Origin: Hypanus sabinus
Lineage: Eukaryota
Assembly: GCF_030144855.1 (NCBI RefSeq)
Contig: NC_082725.1
Span: 46,128,001-46,192,000 of the forward strand
Length of the DNA stretch: 64,000 nt
Direction of reading: 5' to 3'
Shown here one piece after another: positions 62,917-64,000 of the stretch. A program made the position numbers and the translations under genes. A model generated the notes under the pieces. It was not told the origin of the DNA. It saw only the letters and a program-made list of their open reading frames with translations, and did no database searches. The number at the start of each line of letters is the position of its first letter. The first letter of the stretch is position 1.

Positions 62917-64000
62917 GTGAATATAATTGTGGGCCTTTATTTTCCTAAACTTACTTGGTCCCATCTTCTGTTTGGGTGAAGAAATGTGGAACATTGCCAG
63001 TGGTTTTAATACCGGTGAAATTTGGCATGATTCTTTTTCCCTTTCTTGCTACTAACTTAATAATGCTTTGTGTTCTTGAAATAAGTCTTTGTGAACTGTG
63101 CACTGCTATATACAGTGATTTTTTTTTTGGTTCTCTGCATGACTGCCTACAAATCTTGCTGGAGTAACTTTTAGGACCATTACAAGGCAGTTTAAATTTT
63201 AAAGTTATTTGATTGATTTGAGTTATTGTATGTTATGAAAATCTGCAGGATACAGATTTTCTCGTATGGAAATAATTATTGCTTTGTAAACTCATTGTTT
63301 GATGAGCTCAAAATTTTTGAAATGAATCTAGTTATAACTTTGGGTCTTAAATACGTACTGAAGTCCTGAACTTAACTCCATAACATTGGGGTTGGAAAAT
63401 AAAATCAATATTATTTGCTTTGTCCACCATATTGACATCAGGCAAGATGAGATTAAGTCTGTTGTAATCTCCTTAACAGGTAACATGGCATGTTACCAAA
63501 AATGCAAATTTCACCCTTGGGAGATTTTGCTGTTTATAGCCAGAGTAGTCAGTCAAGCCATTAACTTAGAGTGACATTTATAGAGGCAGTGTCTGGTGTG
63601 AAACATGTAACTGACATATCTGTGGGATGTTGCGAACTGAAAACAACTGGAGCCTCAGTGTTGGGAATGTTGGCTTGGAAGTGAATGCTGACCTAAGATT
63701 GTTGAGGGTCCAGTGAACTTGGAAATTTTGCTTAGAGTGGCTTAAAATGCTTCCTGTAGATAACCAGATCTTCGGAAATGGAGAGCAGATGTCACAGCTG
63801 TCTGGCCAATTGTGAGGTTTGTTTCAGATCTGTGATCTTGATCTTGAAGAAAAGGTCTTGCCTTGAATCTTCGTTGTTGGGAGGGGGAGTACCTTGGAGC
63901 AGGGCAGGTAGGTAGAGCTTCTAGGTGTTGAAGATATTGAGTACAAGTACCATCCTTGTGCTTTGGTGAATAAATCAATGATGTAGCTTAGCTGCAGGTG

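Noticed and set aside
1-64000. CRISPR arrays, rRNA/tRNA genes, prokaryotic operons
   Set aside because: None seen; the sequence is intron-rich vertebrate DNA and the tRNA-like bits are SINE heads or the PBS

Overview
AT-rich vertebrate genomic DNA. The repeat set (CR1, Rex/Babar, Penelope, V-SINE/HE1-like, Tc1 MITEs) points to a cartilaginous fish, probably a ray or skate (inference). Two host genes lie head-to-head, as on human 6p22: a complete geminin gene (GMNN, minus strand, 6 coding exons 33349-44816, 230 aa, CpG promoter near 46.3-46.8 kb) and the first four coding exons of C6orf62 (plus strand, 56485-62916, CpG promoter near 55.2 kb; last exon outside the window). A third CCAAT/CpG promoter-like island near 23.6 kb may start an unidentified minus-strand gene. 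There are two Ty3/Gypsy LTR elements. The first is an older, decayed CsRN1-type element (4006-8177) with a tRNA-Trp PBS, CHCC gag and a GGGAAAC slippery site plus pseudoknot. The second is a very young element (51504-54410; identical 212-bp LTRs, 5-bp TSD) and is the most unusual feature. It has no gag or protease. Its intact RT-RNaseH-IN ORF takes its ATG from a 22-nt copy of its own 3' UTR. It has a YLDN catalytic motif. In place of a tRNA PBS it has an 18-nt perfect complement of its own LTR poly(A)-signal region. Most short ORFs in the supplied track are repeat fragments or noise.
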